Shown here: piece by piece, positions 30,790 to 40,021 of the stretch
Numbering within the stretch: the stretch's first letter is position 1
Layout of the letters: every line of letters starts with the position of its first letter
NCBI GenBank assembly: GCA_965228855.1
Contig: CBDDIJ010000003.1
Span: 768,001-832,000 of the forward strand
Origin: Candidatus Obscuribacterales bacterium
GTDB taxonomy: Bacteria > Cyanobacteriota > Vampirovibrionia > Obscuribacterales > Obscuribacteraceae
Direction of reading: 5' to 3'
DNA length: 64,000 bases
Program-made: the position numbers and the translations under genes
The notes under the pieces: generated by a model
Seen by the model: the letters and a program-made list of their open reading frames with translations, nothing else
Database searches by the model: none
Told to the model about the DNA's origin: nothing

Positions 30790-31221
30790 ATGGGATACGT
30801 TGAAGTAGAAGAAAGCTTGTTGGTTGGGGCACCGCCTGCGAAAGTTTATAAAGTGCTTGCCGATCCTCAGCATCATAAGCACATATTGCCGGAGGAATTC
30901 GTCAGCTACGGCGAGGAGGCTGACGGAACGGTCTCCTTCACTCTCAAAGTCGGTGGAGTTGAGCGCCACATGCGGGTGCGTACAGAAGAGGCAGAGCCGA
31001 ACCGATTGTTTCGCGAGATCGAAGTTAATAGCAATATCGCGACTGAGTTCCTGCTAGAGCCGCATCCGGACGGCACTGTAGTAACCATCTCAATGAAATA
31101 CGAGACAAAGAAGAACATCGCCGGATGGATCGAGCAACTGACAGTCCCATTCTTGCTGCGACCGCTGTACAAGAAAGAGCTTGTGAAACTGGGCCGCTAT
31201 GTGCTTCTGGTGACTGATTAG
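30790..31221 (+). CDS. SRPBCC (polyketide cyclase/START-like) family protein
   Basis: VGAPPAKVYKVLADP..HHKHILP, EPNR, GTVVTI, C-terminal helix. Confidence 0.8.
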   Translation: MGYVEVEESLLVGAPPAKVYKVLADPQHHKHILPEEFVSYGEEADGTVSFTLKVGGVERHMRVRTEEAEPNRLFREIEVNSNIATEFLLEPHPDGTVVTISMKYETKKNIAGWIEQLTVPFLLRPLYKKELVKLGRYVLLVTD

Positions 31222-31242
31222 TCTGTTTCTCAGTCGCCCAGT

Positions 31243-31974
31243 TTAAGTGAATATTTTTCGATGTTCAAACATCCAGTCAAATAGCCCGTGTTCGCGCAGA
31301 GCGAGTGTAAGCGTTTCATGTCCTAAGCCCTCCCACTCTGTCACGCGGGGGTGGCGACCGAGTTGATGCAACTCGTGAATCACTGCTCTCGTCTCGTCGA
31401 TTGGACACGGCTCGTCGTAAGTGCCCTGGAGAAACCAGATAGGTGTTGCACCGATTTCGCGAGCAATCGCTTTTGGACGATCGTAGGCTACAAACATTGA
31501 CTCAAAGAGCGGCTTCGCCTCATCAGTCATTTTTGGCGGTGGCTCAGCACCGATCCAAGTGATACCAGGGGCGATGCACACTACTGCTGCGAATAGTTCG
31601 CTATGACGCGCCATCAGCCATAACGCGCTCGATCCTCCCATAGAGAACCCGGCAAGGTAGACGCGTGAGGCGTCAGCGTTGAACTCCTCGATACCTTTGC
31701 GAACCGCATGAACGACGCGCTCCTCCATCTCTCCGTAGAATGCGCGGTATTCGCGCTCACATTGGGGAAAAACAACTACCGCCGGCAGTTGATATTCGTC
31801 GAGAACTTCCTCCACGCCTTTTACCGGCAGACCGCGGTTATCTCCGCGTTCTGCTGACCCATGCAGAAAAGCGATTATGGGCGGATTGGATATCTCTCCA
31901 ATGTTGTGTGGGTGCCAGGCAACGAAATTGAAGGGTGCTCTGCAATCGTCAACGTGCAACAGAACAAAAGGCAT
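31243..31974 (-). CDS. Alpha/beta hydrolase (phospholipase/carboxylesterase or peptidase-like)
   Basis: FLHGSAERG, VVFPQC, RVYLAGFSMGG, QGTYD, GLGH. Confidence 0.85.
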   Translation of the reverse strand: MPFVLLHVDDCRAPFNFVAWHPHNIGEISNPPIIAFLHGSAERGDNRGLPVKGVEEVLDEYQLPAVVVFPQCEREYRAFYGEMEERVVHAVRKGIEEFNADASRVYLAGFSMGGSSALWLMARHSELFAAVVCIAPGITWIGAEPPPKMTDEAKPLFESMFVAYDRPKAIAREIGATPIWFLQGTYDEPCPIDETRAVIHELHQLGRHPRVTEWEGLGHETLTLALREHGLFDWMFEHRKIFT

Positions 31975-32005
31975 GATGTCTCCGGGTTTCCAAATTCTGA
32001 CGCAC

Positions 32006-32236
32006 TCAGTCGATCATGTCTTCCCAATATTCGGTGCGGTCCTTCCAATTGCAATCGCCGTTACCGCAAAGCAAAGTTACTCGCGAAGCATGCGAGTCAA
32101 TCTCCTGTATGTTGAAGCCATCGCGCACAGCGTCGATGGTTTCCGCATATTTCTCGTACTTGCGAATCGGTTTTTTACATTTGGGGCATGCCATCTTCTC
32201 GTTCTCGATGGCTTCCTTGATTACTTGTTCGGACAT
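32006..32236 (-). CDS. Small zinc-ribbon-like protein
   Basis: CPKC...CGNGDC; GAGG RBS before ATG 32236; appears co-transcribed with the hydrolase. Confidence 0.7.
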   Translation of the reverse strand: MSEQVIKEAIENEKMACPKCKKPIRKYEKYAETIDAVRDGFNIQEIDSHASRVTLLCGNGDCNWKDRTEYWEDMID

Positions 32237-32381
32237 TTTGAACCTCACTTGTACAGCTCATTTTAGATCAGATGACCACCAAGATTAAATAATGGAGCGC
32301 TGATTATTGCCGGATTTTGACTATTTCGGGACCAGTAGGTGGCCGATAGGAGTGCGGTAAACACGAATTTACCTATCGCTC

Positions 32382-33194
32382 ATGTCAACCTACAATTCAA
32401 ACATGCAATTCTCAACCCGACTACTGGCGATTACAACCCTCACCTCCCTGGTGTTGGGTCTTTTCGGCAGTTATTACGCATCTGATGTGATGTTCGGAAA
32501 CGGTTTGAGGGCAACTGCTGCGGCACGGCCAGTCCAGGCCTTGAAGAACTATGATGTGGCAATTTCGCTAAATCCGTTCAATGCACCAGCCTGGTTGAAT
32601 CGCGGGGCTTCCAGAGCGGCCACGGGAGACTTGAGCGGGGCTGCTTCTGATTACGAGCGGGCTTTGAAGCTTGGCGGTTCGCCGGAATTTCTGGCGATTG
32701 GGCATCTCAACCGCAGTTCACTGCGCAAATCACAGAACGATTTCGATGGCGCACTCGCCGACTTGAATGATGCAATCGAGTTAAACAGTAGCGACTGGTC
32801 GGCTCATCATGAACGCGGGCTCTTGCTGGCGGAAGTTGGCGACAAAACCGGTGCAATAGCCGACTTCACTGAAGCTATTCGGCTCAACCCAAATTCCGAA
32901 TCGTTCGCTGCTCGTGGCTATGAATTGGATTATTTGGATGATTCGGGCGCCCTGGCTGACTACAACCAGGCGCTGGCGCTTGATCCCAAAAACGTCTCCG
33001 CGCTTTATGGCAGCGCTTATGCGAAACTTCGACTCGGCGACAAAGCCGGTGCGATTGCAGCTCTCAAAGAGCTAGTAAAACTTGAAACCCCGTGTGCGGC
33101 TCAACTGCGCAAACTCTTGAATTCATTTAGTGCGCGAAACTTTGTCGGCGAGCCGAGCCGCAGAGGTGTTTCTTGTGGCACAGATGTCGCTTAG
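32382..33194 (+). CDS. Membrane-anchored TPR protein
   Basis: N-terminal TM; AWLNRG..DYERAL, HHERG..DFTEAIRLNP, DYNQALALDP. Confidence 0.85.
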   Translation: MSTYNSNMQFSTRLLAITTLTSLVLGLFGSYYASDVMFGNGLRATAAARPVQALKNYDVAISLNPFNAPAWLNRGASRAATGDLSGAASDYERALKLGGSPEFLAIGHLNRSSLRKSQNDFDGALADLNDAIELNSSDWSAHHERGLLLAEVGDKTGAIADFTEAIRLNPNSESFAARGYELDYLDDSGALADYNQALALDPKNVSALYGSAYAKLRLGDKAGAIAALKELVKLETPCAAQLRKLLNSFSARNFVGEPSRRGVSCGTDVA

Positions 33195-33239
33195 ACCCTG
33201 AACCTTTAGATTTGTAGACTCTAAACAAGACGTTGGCTG

Positions 33240-33461
33240 TTATGGAGTCGGATTGGGAACGGACGGTGCCGGCATTGCTGGTGCTTCAGGTAACGTCGGA
33301 GCCTTGGGTTCTGGCACGTTGATAGTCGTGTTGTTGGTCGTATGAGTTGCGGTACCACTGAAGTAATAGAAACCGAAGCCAACCGCTGCAAGAATCAAAA
33401 TTGCCAGGACAAAAGCGAGCGCGCCTGTGCCGCTTGATTCTTCTCTCACAATAGTAGTCAT
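33240..33461 (-). CDS. Small single-TM protein with Pro-rich tail
   Basis: GAGGAG RBS; one hydrophobic helix; TTINVPEPKAP tail. Confidence 0.75.
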   Translation of the reverse strand: MTTIVREESSGTGALAFVLAILILAAVGFGFYYFSGTATHTTNNTTINVPEPKAPTLPEAPAMPAPSVPNPTP

Positions 33462-33496
33462 TTGAAATTCTCCTCAATTAGTTTCAGGTGTTTCGG

Positions 33497-33523
33497 AGAC
33501 AACGAAGAGTTGAATAAAGTTCC
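33497..33523 (-). promoter_or_regulatory. ECF-sigma-type promoter candidate
   Basis: Minus strand GGAACTT-N16-GTCT, about 35 nt upstream of ATG 33461. Confidence 0.6.
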
Positions 33524-33687
33524 ATATTGTCTTAATGTTAATCGGCTCAAGACAGTCTAGCGAAGGTTGTTAGCCTTGGGACTTATGGAAGTGTGATGAG
33601 CACCAAATATGGTGGCGCTCCATGAGTGGTGGCACCTATCGTTTAACCTCTCAGTTTTTCGAACTTGAATTTGTGTGGGGAAAGTGA

Positions 33688-34299
33688 ATGTACGGATTGA
33701 AGATGCTGTGCGGCCGATGGCGGCACATGTTGCTAGTTTCTCTAAGCATGCTCGGAATGTTTTCCATTCTGGAGAGCGGACGTTCAAGCATCGCCGCGAA
33801 CAGCACGGAGACTCCAAGTGAGTTAAAGCAGATGTACGAAGAAGACCAATCTGAGCGGTTGGCTGCTCAGAATAACCCGTTGAAAGGGGACTGGTCATCA
33901 ATTTCGAAACATGATGAAGTACATCGAGTTAAGGTTTTGAAGCTTATGCGTGAGAATAAGATCCAGACTGCTGATGACTATTACTACGCCGCTATGATTA
34001 TGCAGCATGGTGCCACAATGGATGACTATGTGCTTGCGCATTTGTTTTCTTGTGCTGCGGCTCAGCGTGGAAAACGTGAGGCGAGATGGTTGAGCGCGGC
34101 TTCGTTTGATCGTTTGATGATAAGTATGGACAAGCCGCAGTATTTCTCCACGCAGTACTTCGCGAACCAGGGCGAATCATACGCGATCAAAAATCCGAAA
34201 AATACTTCTCTGCTGACGGACGAAGTTAGAAAGGCCTTCGACGTGCCAACGCTTGCAGAGACCGATGCTCGCTTGCGGAAACTAAATGACGGTCTTTAA
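33688..34299 (+). CDS. Secreted hypothetical protein
   Basis: Signal-like N-terminus; MYEEDQSER, AAMIMQHG, WLSAASFDR, PQYFSTQY look like conserved motifs; start uncertain. Confidence 0.65.
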   Translation: MYGLKMLCGRWRHMLLVSLSMLGMFSILESGRSSIAANSTETPSELKQMYEEDQSERLAAQNNPLKGDWSSISKHDEVHRVKVLKLMRENKIQTADDYYYAAMIMQHGATMDDYVLAHLFSCAAAQRGKREARWLSAASFDRLMISMDKPQYFSTQYFANQGESYAIKNPKNTSLLTDEVRKAFDVPTLAETDARLRKLNDGL

Positions 34300-34304
34300 C
34301 AAAG

Positions 34305-34333
34305 TGAGCGGCTGCTTTTATTGCAACCGCTCA
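34305..34333. terminator. Hairpin between convergent genes
   Basis: TGAGCGG...CCGCTCA stem. Confidence 0.55.
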
Positions 34334-34374
34334 GTTTGATCCGTCGGGACGTATGAACTCCGAGTATGAATTGC

Positions 34375-35193
34375 TCAAGCCGCTTTGTTGATCGGTTTGT
34401 CTGCAGCAATCTGTTTGCGGAGCGCCTTCTCTAATGCCAGGGTTGCATCATCTGTGGCGCGGATTATATCAGCGTTCTTCGAACTCGCCCAGAAGTAGAT
34501 ATCCAGTGATAAGGCTCCGTTTGCCGCAGATACATACACCTTCGGCTCCGGGTCCTTGGCGACGGTGTCCAAGCCGGCTAAAGTCATTTTTGCAACTTGA
34601 ACAGCCTTTTCGTCGGGCACTTCCTTAAATGGAACCTGCAGGTGAATCAAGCGGTGAGCATAAGCAGTGTTAACAGTAACCGGGTCTGTGAACAGGACGC
34701 CATTCGGGATATAGACGCGTTGTCCCGTGTGCGTTTTGAGCAATGTCGTTCTTATAGTGATATCTTCCACGGTGCCTTCGTAGTCGCGAGCTTTAATCTC
34801 ATCGCCAATACGAAAAGGTTTTTGCCATAAAAGCAGCATGCCGGCGAAGAAGTTTTGCAAAATATTTTGGAACGCAAAACCGATGGCGACTGAACCGATA
34901 CCGAGACCTGCAATCAGTTTGTCTGCGCTGAAGTCAGGCACGACGATGACTGCACATACTAGTAATCCCAAAACGTTGATGGCTACTGCCATTAATTTCT
35001 CTATTGCATGACCTAGCGTCTGATCTATCTGAGCTCTCGAAGAGATCGAGAATGCCGCTTTTCCGATCACACGACTCAGCATGTGAATGACGAAGAAGAC
35101 AGCGCAAGCTATAAGTAAATTAGGTAGTAGTTCGAAAAAACCATCCACCATTTTTGTTACTGTCTGCCAGGCGAGCTGTAATCCATGTTGCAT
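34375..35193 (-). CDS. mscS: MscS-family small-conductance mechanosensitive channel
   Basis: AGLGIGSVAIGFAFQNILQNFFAG, KPFRIGD, GTVEDITIRTT, IPNG; GAGGAG RBS before ATG 35193. Confidence 0.9.
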   Translation of the reverse strand: MQHGLQLAWQTVTKMVDGFFELLPNLLIACAVFFVIHMLSRVIGKAAFSISSRAQIDQTLGHAIEKLMAVAINVLGLLVCAVIVVPDFSADKLIAGLGIGSVAIGFAFQNILQNFFAGMLLLWQKPFRIGDEIKARDYEGTVEDITIRTTLLKTHTGQRVYIPNGVLFTDPVTVNTAYAHRLIHLQVPFKEVPDEKAVQVAKMTLAGLDTVAKDPEPKVYVSAANGALSLDIYFWASSKNADIIRATDDATLALEKALRKQIAADKPINKAA

Positions 35194-35395
35194 AACCACT
35201 CCTCTAGTTTCGGTTGCGCGTGAGGTCTGCGCGATTCTGAGCACAATGCACGGCGGGTGCCAGCAACCCGTGCTGAGCTTTCCATAGCATTAGAGCGGAA
35301 AATGCATGTCGTGACAAAGTTATGAAAGATTAGGCTGGTTGAGATGCACTCAGAGTTAGGCATCGATAAGTGCAGGTTTAAAACTGTTTACTAAC

Positions 35396-36292
35396 CTACC
35401 GATAGTTGACGATAAAGGTCATGTCCGGTGGTTCTTTGCCGGTCGTTGGAGGATCGATCCAGAAACTGAATCCGATTCTCGCAGGCACACGTTCTATCAT
35501 GAAATTGTCCAACCAATCGGTTGCTGGGCTTAGATTATTGCATCCGCCCGGGTAACCACATGCGGTGCCACAGTGCATAAAGTGAGGTATTAGCTTTGCG
35601 GTCTTCATCGGGCTGCCGATGTGTATGTTCGTTGCGAAAGTGGGTGGAATGTAGACGTAGTTGAATCCCAGGTCTCGGGCATTAACTATTGAAAGTGCTG
35701 TTTGTCCATAGAGAGTGTACCGGGGATACTTGAATATCTCGCACATCTCTTTCTCGTATAGAGTTTTTTCGTATGTAACCTCAGCTGTGCGCGCTTGTGG
35801 ATACCAGATAAGATGCGACGGCTTGACTGCTGTTGGATACTTCTTGTGGGCTAAGTCCTGCTCAGTTACTTTGTCCTTTGGAAGTGGTGCGATGGTTACG
35901 TCGGACACCAGTAGAAACGGATTGAGCAGATTGGTCGATTGAACCGAATCTCCTCGAATGCTATTTTGTCCTTCGCCGTAGTACGCACGACCGACGTCAC
36001 CCCACCAGGGCTTCTTGTCTTCAAGTTGTCCCAGGGTTGCTGTATCCGGCACATACATTTTGCGGAGCAATTGCGGATATTTCATTGCGGCTCTGTAGCG
36101 TAAATCTGATAACTCCAATTTTGTCTTGAAATTCAGATCTCGGGGTGGATTTATTGAGAGCTCGATTGTGCGGACCTTGGCCTTCGGACCAATGGCGAGT
36201 TCGTTTGCCGCGTGAGCTGCGTGCGAGACCGCAAGAAGCAAAGTTGCAGTAATTAAAAACAATTTTCGGCGAAACACAACCAATGAGGGCAC
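35396..36292 (-). CDS. Secreted hypothetical protein with Cys-containing C-terminal motif
   Basis: Signal peptide ending AHA; KPWWG, NPFLL, NARDLGF, HCGTACGYPGGCNNLSP. Confidence 0.7.
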   Translation of the reverse strand: MPSLVVFRRKLFLITATLLLAVSHAAHAANELAIGPKAKVRTIELSINPPRDLNFKTKLELSDLRYRAAMKYPQLLRKMYVPDTATLGQLEDKKPWWGDVGRAYYGEGQNSIRGDSVQSTNLLNPFLLVSDVTIAPLPKDKVTEQDLAHKKYPTAVKPSHLIWYPQARTAEVTYEKTLYEKEMCEIFKYPRYTLYGQTALSIVNARDLGFNYVYIPPTFATNIHIGSPMKTAKLIPHFMHCGTACGYPGGCNNLSPATDWLDNFMIERVPARIGFSFWIDPPTTGKEPPDMTFIVNYR

Positions 36293-36401
36293 CAGCTGAG
36301 AAAAGTCGATCGCGAATCAATCCTGGCGAAACGTGAGCACAGTATAGCCGCCCTGCTCGATTTTGCAAGCGTGGCGGCTACAGTGCGTTTCGCCGGACGA
36401 G

Positions 36402-36821
36402 CTAGTCTTTGACCCACTCGGATTCAGGATTTCTGATACCGTCGGTTTTTGTCCATAGATTCAAACTGTCGACTTTGGCTTGGATGCAGAGGTAGATCAG
36501 TTCGTTTTCCTTGCTTGCACGAATTGAACGCTTAACCTCAGGACGCATGCTCACCATTGATCCTTCGGAGATATCTATGAGTTCATTGTCGGCTTGAATC
36601 TGTCCGCTTCCCTGGACCACAATATAAAGTTCTTCGTTTTCTTTGTGGCTATGGAAGAAGGGGAACGAGACTCCTGCTGGAATCGTGGTGACTGAGATCT
36701 CCATTCCGGTAAGGTGCAGAAGTTCCTTCAGGAATTTCTTTGGAAGCTGCGCGTCGTTGTAGTCGATTGCGGAGTATTTGCCGAGATTCACGACATGAAA
36801 TGGTTTCGTTGCGGTATTCAT
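36402..36821 (-). CDS. Cupin-domain protein
   Basis: PFFHSHKENEELYIVVQGSG. Confidence 0.88.
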   Translation of the reverse strand: MNTATKPFHVVNLGKYSAIDYNDAQLPKKFLKELLHLTGMEISVTTIPAGVSFPFFHSHKENEELYIVVQGSGQIQADNELIDISEGSMVSMRPEVKRSIRASKENELIYLCIQAKVDSLNLWTKTDGIRNPESEWVKD

Positions 36822-36918
36822 AGAAAGCTCCTTATTTTGTTCTGGCGGCGGAATGGGTTTTACGACCTTTGGTTAGGGAACAGATTCCGTAGCTCAAGTA
36901 CGACCATTGTATCACTAG

Positions 36919-36933
36919 CTTGTAAATTGCAAG
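36919..36933. promoter_or_regulatory. Operator-like 7-1-7 inverted repeat upstream of the hydrolase-hxlR operon
   Basis: CTTGTAA-A-TTGCAAG (1 mismatch), followed by TACAAT/AATAAT -10-like hexamers. Confidence 0.5.
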
Positions 36934-37016
36934 TCACGTGTTACAATAATTACATGGGCGTTCGGAGACGTTGTTGTTAGTGTAGGATCAAGGAATATTA
37001 GATTTGGAATGAGGTT

Positions 37017-37838
37017 ATGGAAATAACCGAGCCTAAGAGAATTAGTGACGAAGTGCGCGATGCTGCTTTAAGGTACATCACGCCAGGTGGCATTCGAAAA
37101 GTTGTGCGTCGTCCGAAAACTGATGTTGAATCGGTTCATCAGTTGCTGCCCTTTAAAAGTGGTGCTCTTTCAACTCGCGTATGGGGAAAGTCCGAAGATA
37201 AGACCGTTTTGCTCGTTCACGGATGGGCGGCGAACCAAACGGACATGTTTCTATATGTTCCCCGCTTGTTGGACGCAGGATTTAAAGTGGTGGCAATGGA
37301 CTTGCCGGCGCACGGTGAGTCAAGTTTTGATGTTGCCGGATTGAATCACCTGGGCGATGCTGTGTTGACCGTCGGAAACGCTCATGGTCAGCTTGAGGGC
37401 GTAATTGCACATTCAGTAGGATGTGCTGCTACTCAACTTGCTATCGCGTCTGGATTGAGAGTCGGTCGCGTAGTTATGCTGGCTTCACCAAATGACTATG
37501 AGGCGAAGACGTACGGATTTGCAAAGCACGTGGGATTTTCGAAGGAACAGATCTCCGAGTTCATCGCTGCGTTGAGAGAGTTCGATGTTCGCGTCGAGAT
37601 TCGTAGTGTGGACTTCGTACCGAAGTTTGACACGCCCGCGTTGATCGTTCATTCTGAAGATGATGCTGTAATACCAATATCTGTCGGCGAGCAGCTTGCT
37701 GCCTACTGGAAGAACAGCATTTTTCTAAGAGTTAACGGATTGAATCACAGAGGGGTTTTGAGAGATAAATTCGTGATTGAAAGCGCAATCAAGTTTCTCG
37801 CTGACGAGGACTCTAGCGAGAGCGATCCCCATGAATAG
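37017..37838 (+). CDS. Alpha/beta fold hydrolase
   Basis: LLVHGW, DLPAHGES, AHSVG, HSEDD, GLNH. Confidence 0.88.
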   Translation: MEITEPKRISDEVRDAALRYITPGGIRKVVRRPKTDVESVHQLLPFKSGALSTRVWGKSEDKTVLLVHGWAANQTDMFLYVPRLLDAGFKVVAMDLPAHGESSFDVAGLNHLGDAVLTVGNAHGQLEGVIAHSVGCAATQLAIASGLRVGRVVMLASPNDYEAKTYGFAKHVGFSKEQISEFIAALREFDVRVEIRSVDFVPKFDTPALIVHSEDDAVIPISVGEQLAAYWKNSIFLRVNGLNHRGVLRDKFVIESAIKFLADEDSSESDPHE

Positions 37839-38172
37839 ACGATCTCCATGTCCGATTGCATGCACGCTTGATCTCATAGGTGACAAGTGGACTTTGTTGG
37901 TGCTCAGGGATATTTTGTTTTTTCAGAAATCTAAGTTTGACGAATTCCTTGACTCTCCTGAAAAAATATCCACGAACATACTCACGGATAGGCTTCACAA
38001 GCTTGAAGCCGCAGGACTGATCTCTAAAGCCCCTTACAGCAATCATCGCTTGCGTATGGCATATTCAGCAACCGCGAAGGGAGAAAGTCTGGCCCCAATT
38101 TTGAAGCAGCTCGTCGAATGGGGAATGCAAAATCTTGCGGAAACTCGGACACAACCTTTGCCTCCGAAGTGA
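37831..38172 (+). CDS. HxlR-family winged-helix regulator
   Basis: RRSPCPIACTLDLIGDKWTLLVLRD, ISTNILTDRL, YSATAKG; overlaps the upstream stop. Confidence 0.9.
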   Translation: MNRRSPCPIACTLDLIGDKWTLLVLRDILFFQKSKFDEFLDSPEKISTNILTDRLHKLEAAGLISKAPYSNHRLRMAYSATAKGESLAPILKQLVEWGMQNLAETRTQPLPPK

Positions 38173-38193
38173 GGCGATAGCCCAAAAGCAGAC

Positions 38194-38226
38194 AACCATC
38201 GCTGCCAGGCGAGGGGCGCGATGGTT
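38194..38226. terminator. Hairpin between convergent operons
   Basis: AACCATCGC...GCGATGGTT. Confidence 0.55.
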
Positions 38227-38292
38227 ATCCGTGATTTCGTGCTTGTGACGGGAAAAGGTTTGCGTTATACGCAGTTTTCGATTCGCACCATT

Positions 38293-38508
38293 TTAGTGGC
38301 GAATTATTTTGGTGGCATTCGCTTCTTCATTGTCGTAGCCCACAAAAACGTATTTTACACTTTCTTGGTGGCATGCGCATTTCGTACAGCTAATGCGTTT
38401 ATATACAGGTTTATCTTCCAGATTGGTCGCCACCATATAAAGTGGCAGATGAGATAGCGCGTTGCTGATTTGTCCGTCGAGCGGTCCACCATGCAAAGTT
38501 ACTGACAT
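38293..38508 (-). CDS. Small hypothetical protein with GGPLDG and CxxCxCH motifs
   Basis: AGGAG RBS; LHGGPLDGQ; CTKCACH; 33 nt downstream of rpsD. Confidence 0.7.
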   Translation of the reverse strand: MSVTLHGGPLDGQISNALSHLPLYMVATNLEDKPVYKRISCTKCACHQESVKYVFVGYDNEEANATKIIRH

Positions 38509-38541
38509 ACTGCTTCTCCTGCGGGTTTGAGGTTAGAACGA

Positions 38542-39150
38542 TTATCGCGAATAGAATTCAACAAGGAATTGTTCCCTGAAGCTCTGATCGATTTGGTCGC
38601 GCTCTGGGATTGCGTCCACTGTGATTGTATTTTCTTTGACGTCGACGGTCAGCCATTGGCCGCTGATGGCACCACTGATTGCGGCACGGTCTTTGGTGAG
38701 CTCAAATACGAATTTTTTGCTGCGCTCACGGAAAGAGATTTTGTCGCCAACTCGTAACCGGGCTGAGGCAATGGCGAGGCGTTTACCGTTGACTAAGATA
38801 TGTCCGTGAGAAACCAATTGTCGCGCTTGATCCCGGCTTGCGAAAAGTCCGGAGCGATAAACAATGTTGTCCAGACGCATCTCTAATAACTGCAATAGAA
38901 CTGTACCAGTTGCCGCTTTAGCGCGAGTAGCTTCATCATAGATTTTTCGAAGCTGACGTTCGGTGCATCCGTAGCTCCATTTAATCTTTTGTTTTTCCAA
39001 CAAGTGCTCAGCATAATTGGAACGTTTTTTGCGTGTGTTTCCGTGCTGGCCCGGCGGGTATGGATTGTGGAGCTGGTCGAACTTCTGATTACCATATAAG
39101 TTCATTCCGACTGCGCGGCAACGTTTTGCTTTTGAACCTGTGTATCTCAT
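38542..39150 (-). CDS. rpsD: 30S ribosomal protein S4 (uS4), Cys-poor type, probable paralogue
   Basis: [55 protein letters not shown]. Confidence 0.95.
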   Translation of the reverse strand: MRYTGSKAKRCRAVGMNLYGNQKFDQLHNPYPPGQHGNTRKKRSNYAEHLLEKQKIKWSYGCTERQLRKIYDEATRAKAATGTVLLQLLEMRLDNIVYRSGLFASRDQARQLVSHGHILVNGKRLAIASARLRVGDKISFRERSKKFVFELTKDRAAISGAISGQWLTVDVKENTITVDAIPERDQIDQSFREQFLVEFYSR

Positions 39151-39172
39151 AGGATCTCCAAATATCTAAGCG

Positions 39173-39712
39173 CTAAACCAAAGCGCCGCGTACTGCCAGG
39201 CGAACCTTTTCGGCCCACGATGCAATTCTTGCCTCGGTCAGATCCGGTTGGTTTACTTCGTCGACAACCAGACCGCAGAAGTAACCATCAATAACTGCTT
39301 CCGAGTGATCGTATTCAAAACCTTCGGTGGAAACGTCGGCCGCAACTATCTCACCGCCGCGCTCTATCACTTTGTCATAGACGATCTTCATTGCGCTCAC
39401 AAAGTTGTAAGAGTATCCGTACTGATCGCCGAGTGCGAACAGTGCGACCTTTTTGCCTGTTAAATCGATGGAGTCGAATTTGGGAAGATAATCGGCAAAG
39501 TCGTCAGTCAACTCGCCGTCGCCCCAGGTCGACCCTCCAAAGATTAGGAAATCGCAGGCTTGAATGTCTTCGGGCTTCACACCATAAATATTTTTGACAT
39601 CCGAAATCAGGTCGGGTAGCGCTGCTTGGATGCTTGCTGCTACGCCCTCGGTAGTACCGGTTTGCGTTCCATAAAAAAGCTTGCCCACGAATGGATACCT
39701 CGTTCGTTTCAA
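39173..39712 (-). CDS. Long-chain flavodoxin (FldA/IsiB-like)
   Basis: FYGTQTGTTE, GGSTWGDGE, GKKVALFALGDQYGY, GLVVDEVNQPDLTEARIASW; TTG start 39712 after GGAGG (GTG 39688 is an alternative). Confidence 0.92.
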   Translation of the reverse strand: MKRTRYPFVGKLFYGTQTGTTEGVAASIQAALPDLISDVKNIYGVKPEDIQACDFLIFGGSTWGDGELTDDFADYLPKFDSIDLTGKKVALFALGDQYGYSYNFVSAMKIVYDKVIERGGEIVAADVSTEGFEYDHSEAVIDGYFCGLVVDEVNQPDLTEARIASWAEKVRLAVRGALV

Positions 39713-39726
39713 ATTGACCTCCAATA

Positions 39727-39748
39727 TTATGCAAATCATTCGCAATAA
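39727..39748. promoter_or_regulatory. Fur-family-like operator upstream of the flavodoxin
   Basis: TTA-TGCAAAT-C-ATTCGCA-ATAA; 7-1-7 core 39730-39744 with 1 mismatch. Confidence 0.6.
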
Positions 39749-40021
39749 GATCAACTAGTAGTTGAATAACATTCGCTACAATCCTTTACGAAGTAGCGAC
39801 TGCTGAACTCTGTGGGTGATTGCAATCGCCAAGAGGTGAATCTCGGTTGCAGTAACTATCAGTCTATTTAACGAGAACCATTTTCAAATAGTTCGGAAAG
39901 GGTCATTGGCGCCAATTTTGTCTTCGCATCTCACTCAGGCGCGAAATCGAAAAAATCTGAAATTAAATCGAGTTGTCGTTGGATACATATATAGGTAGCG
40001 TTGATGCGATTCCGGTTCTTG

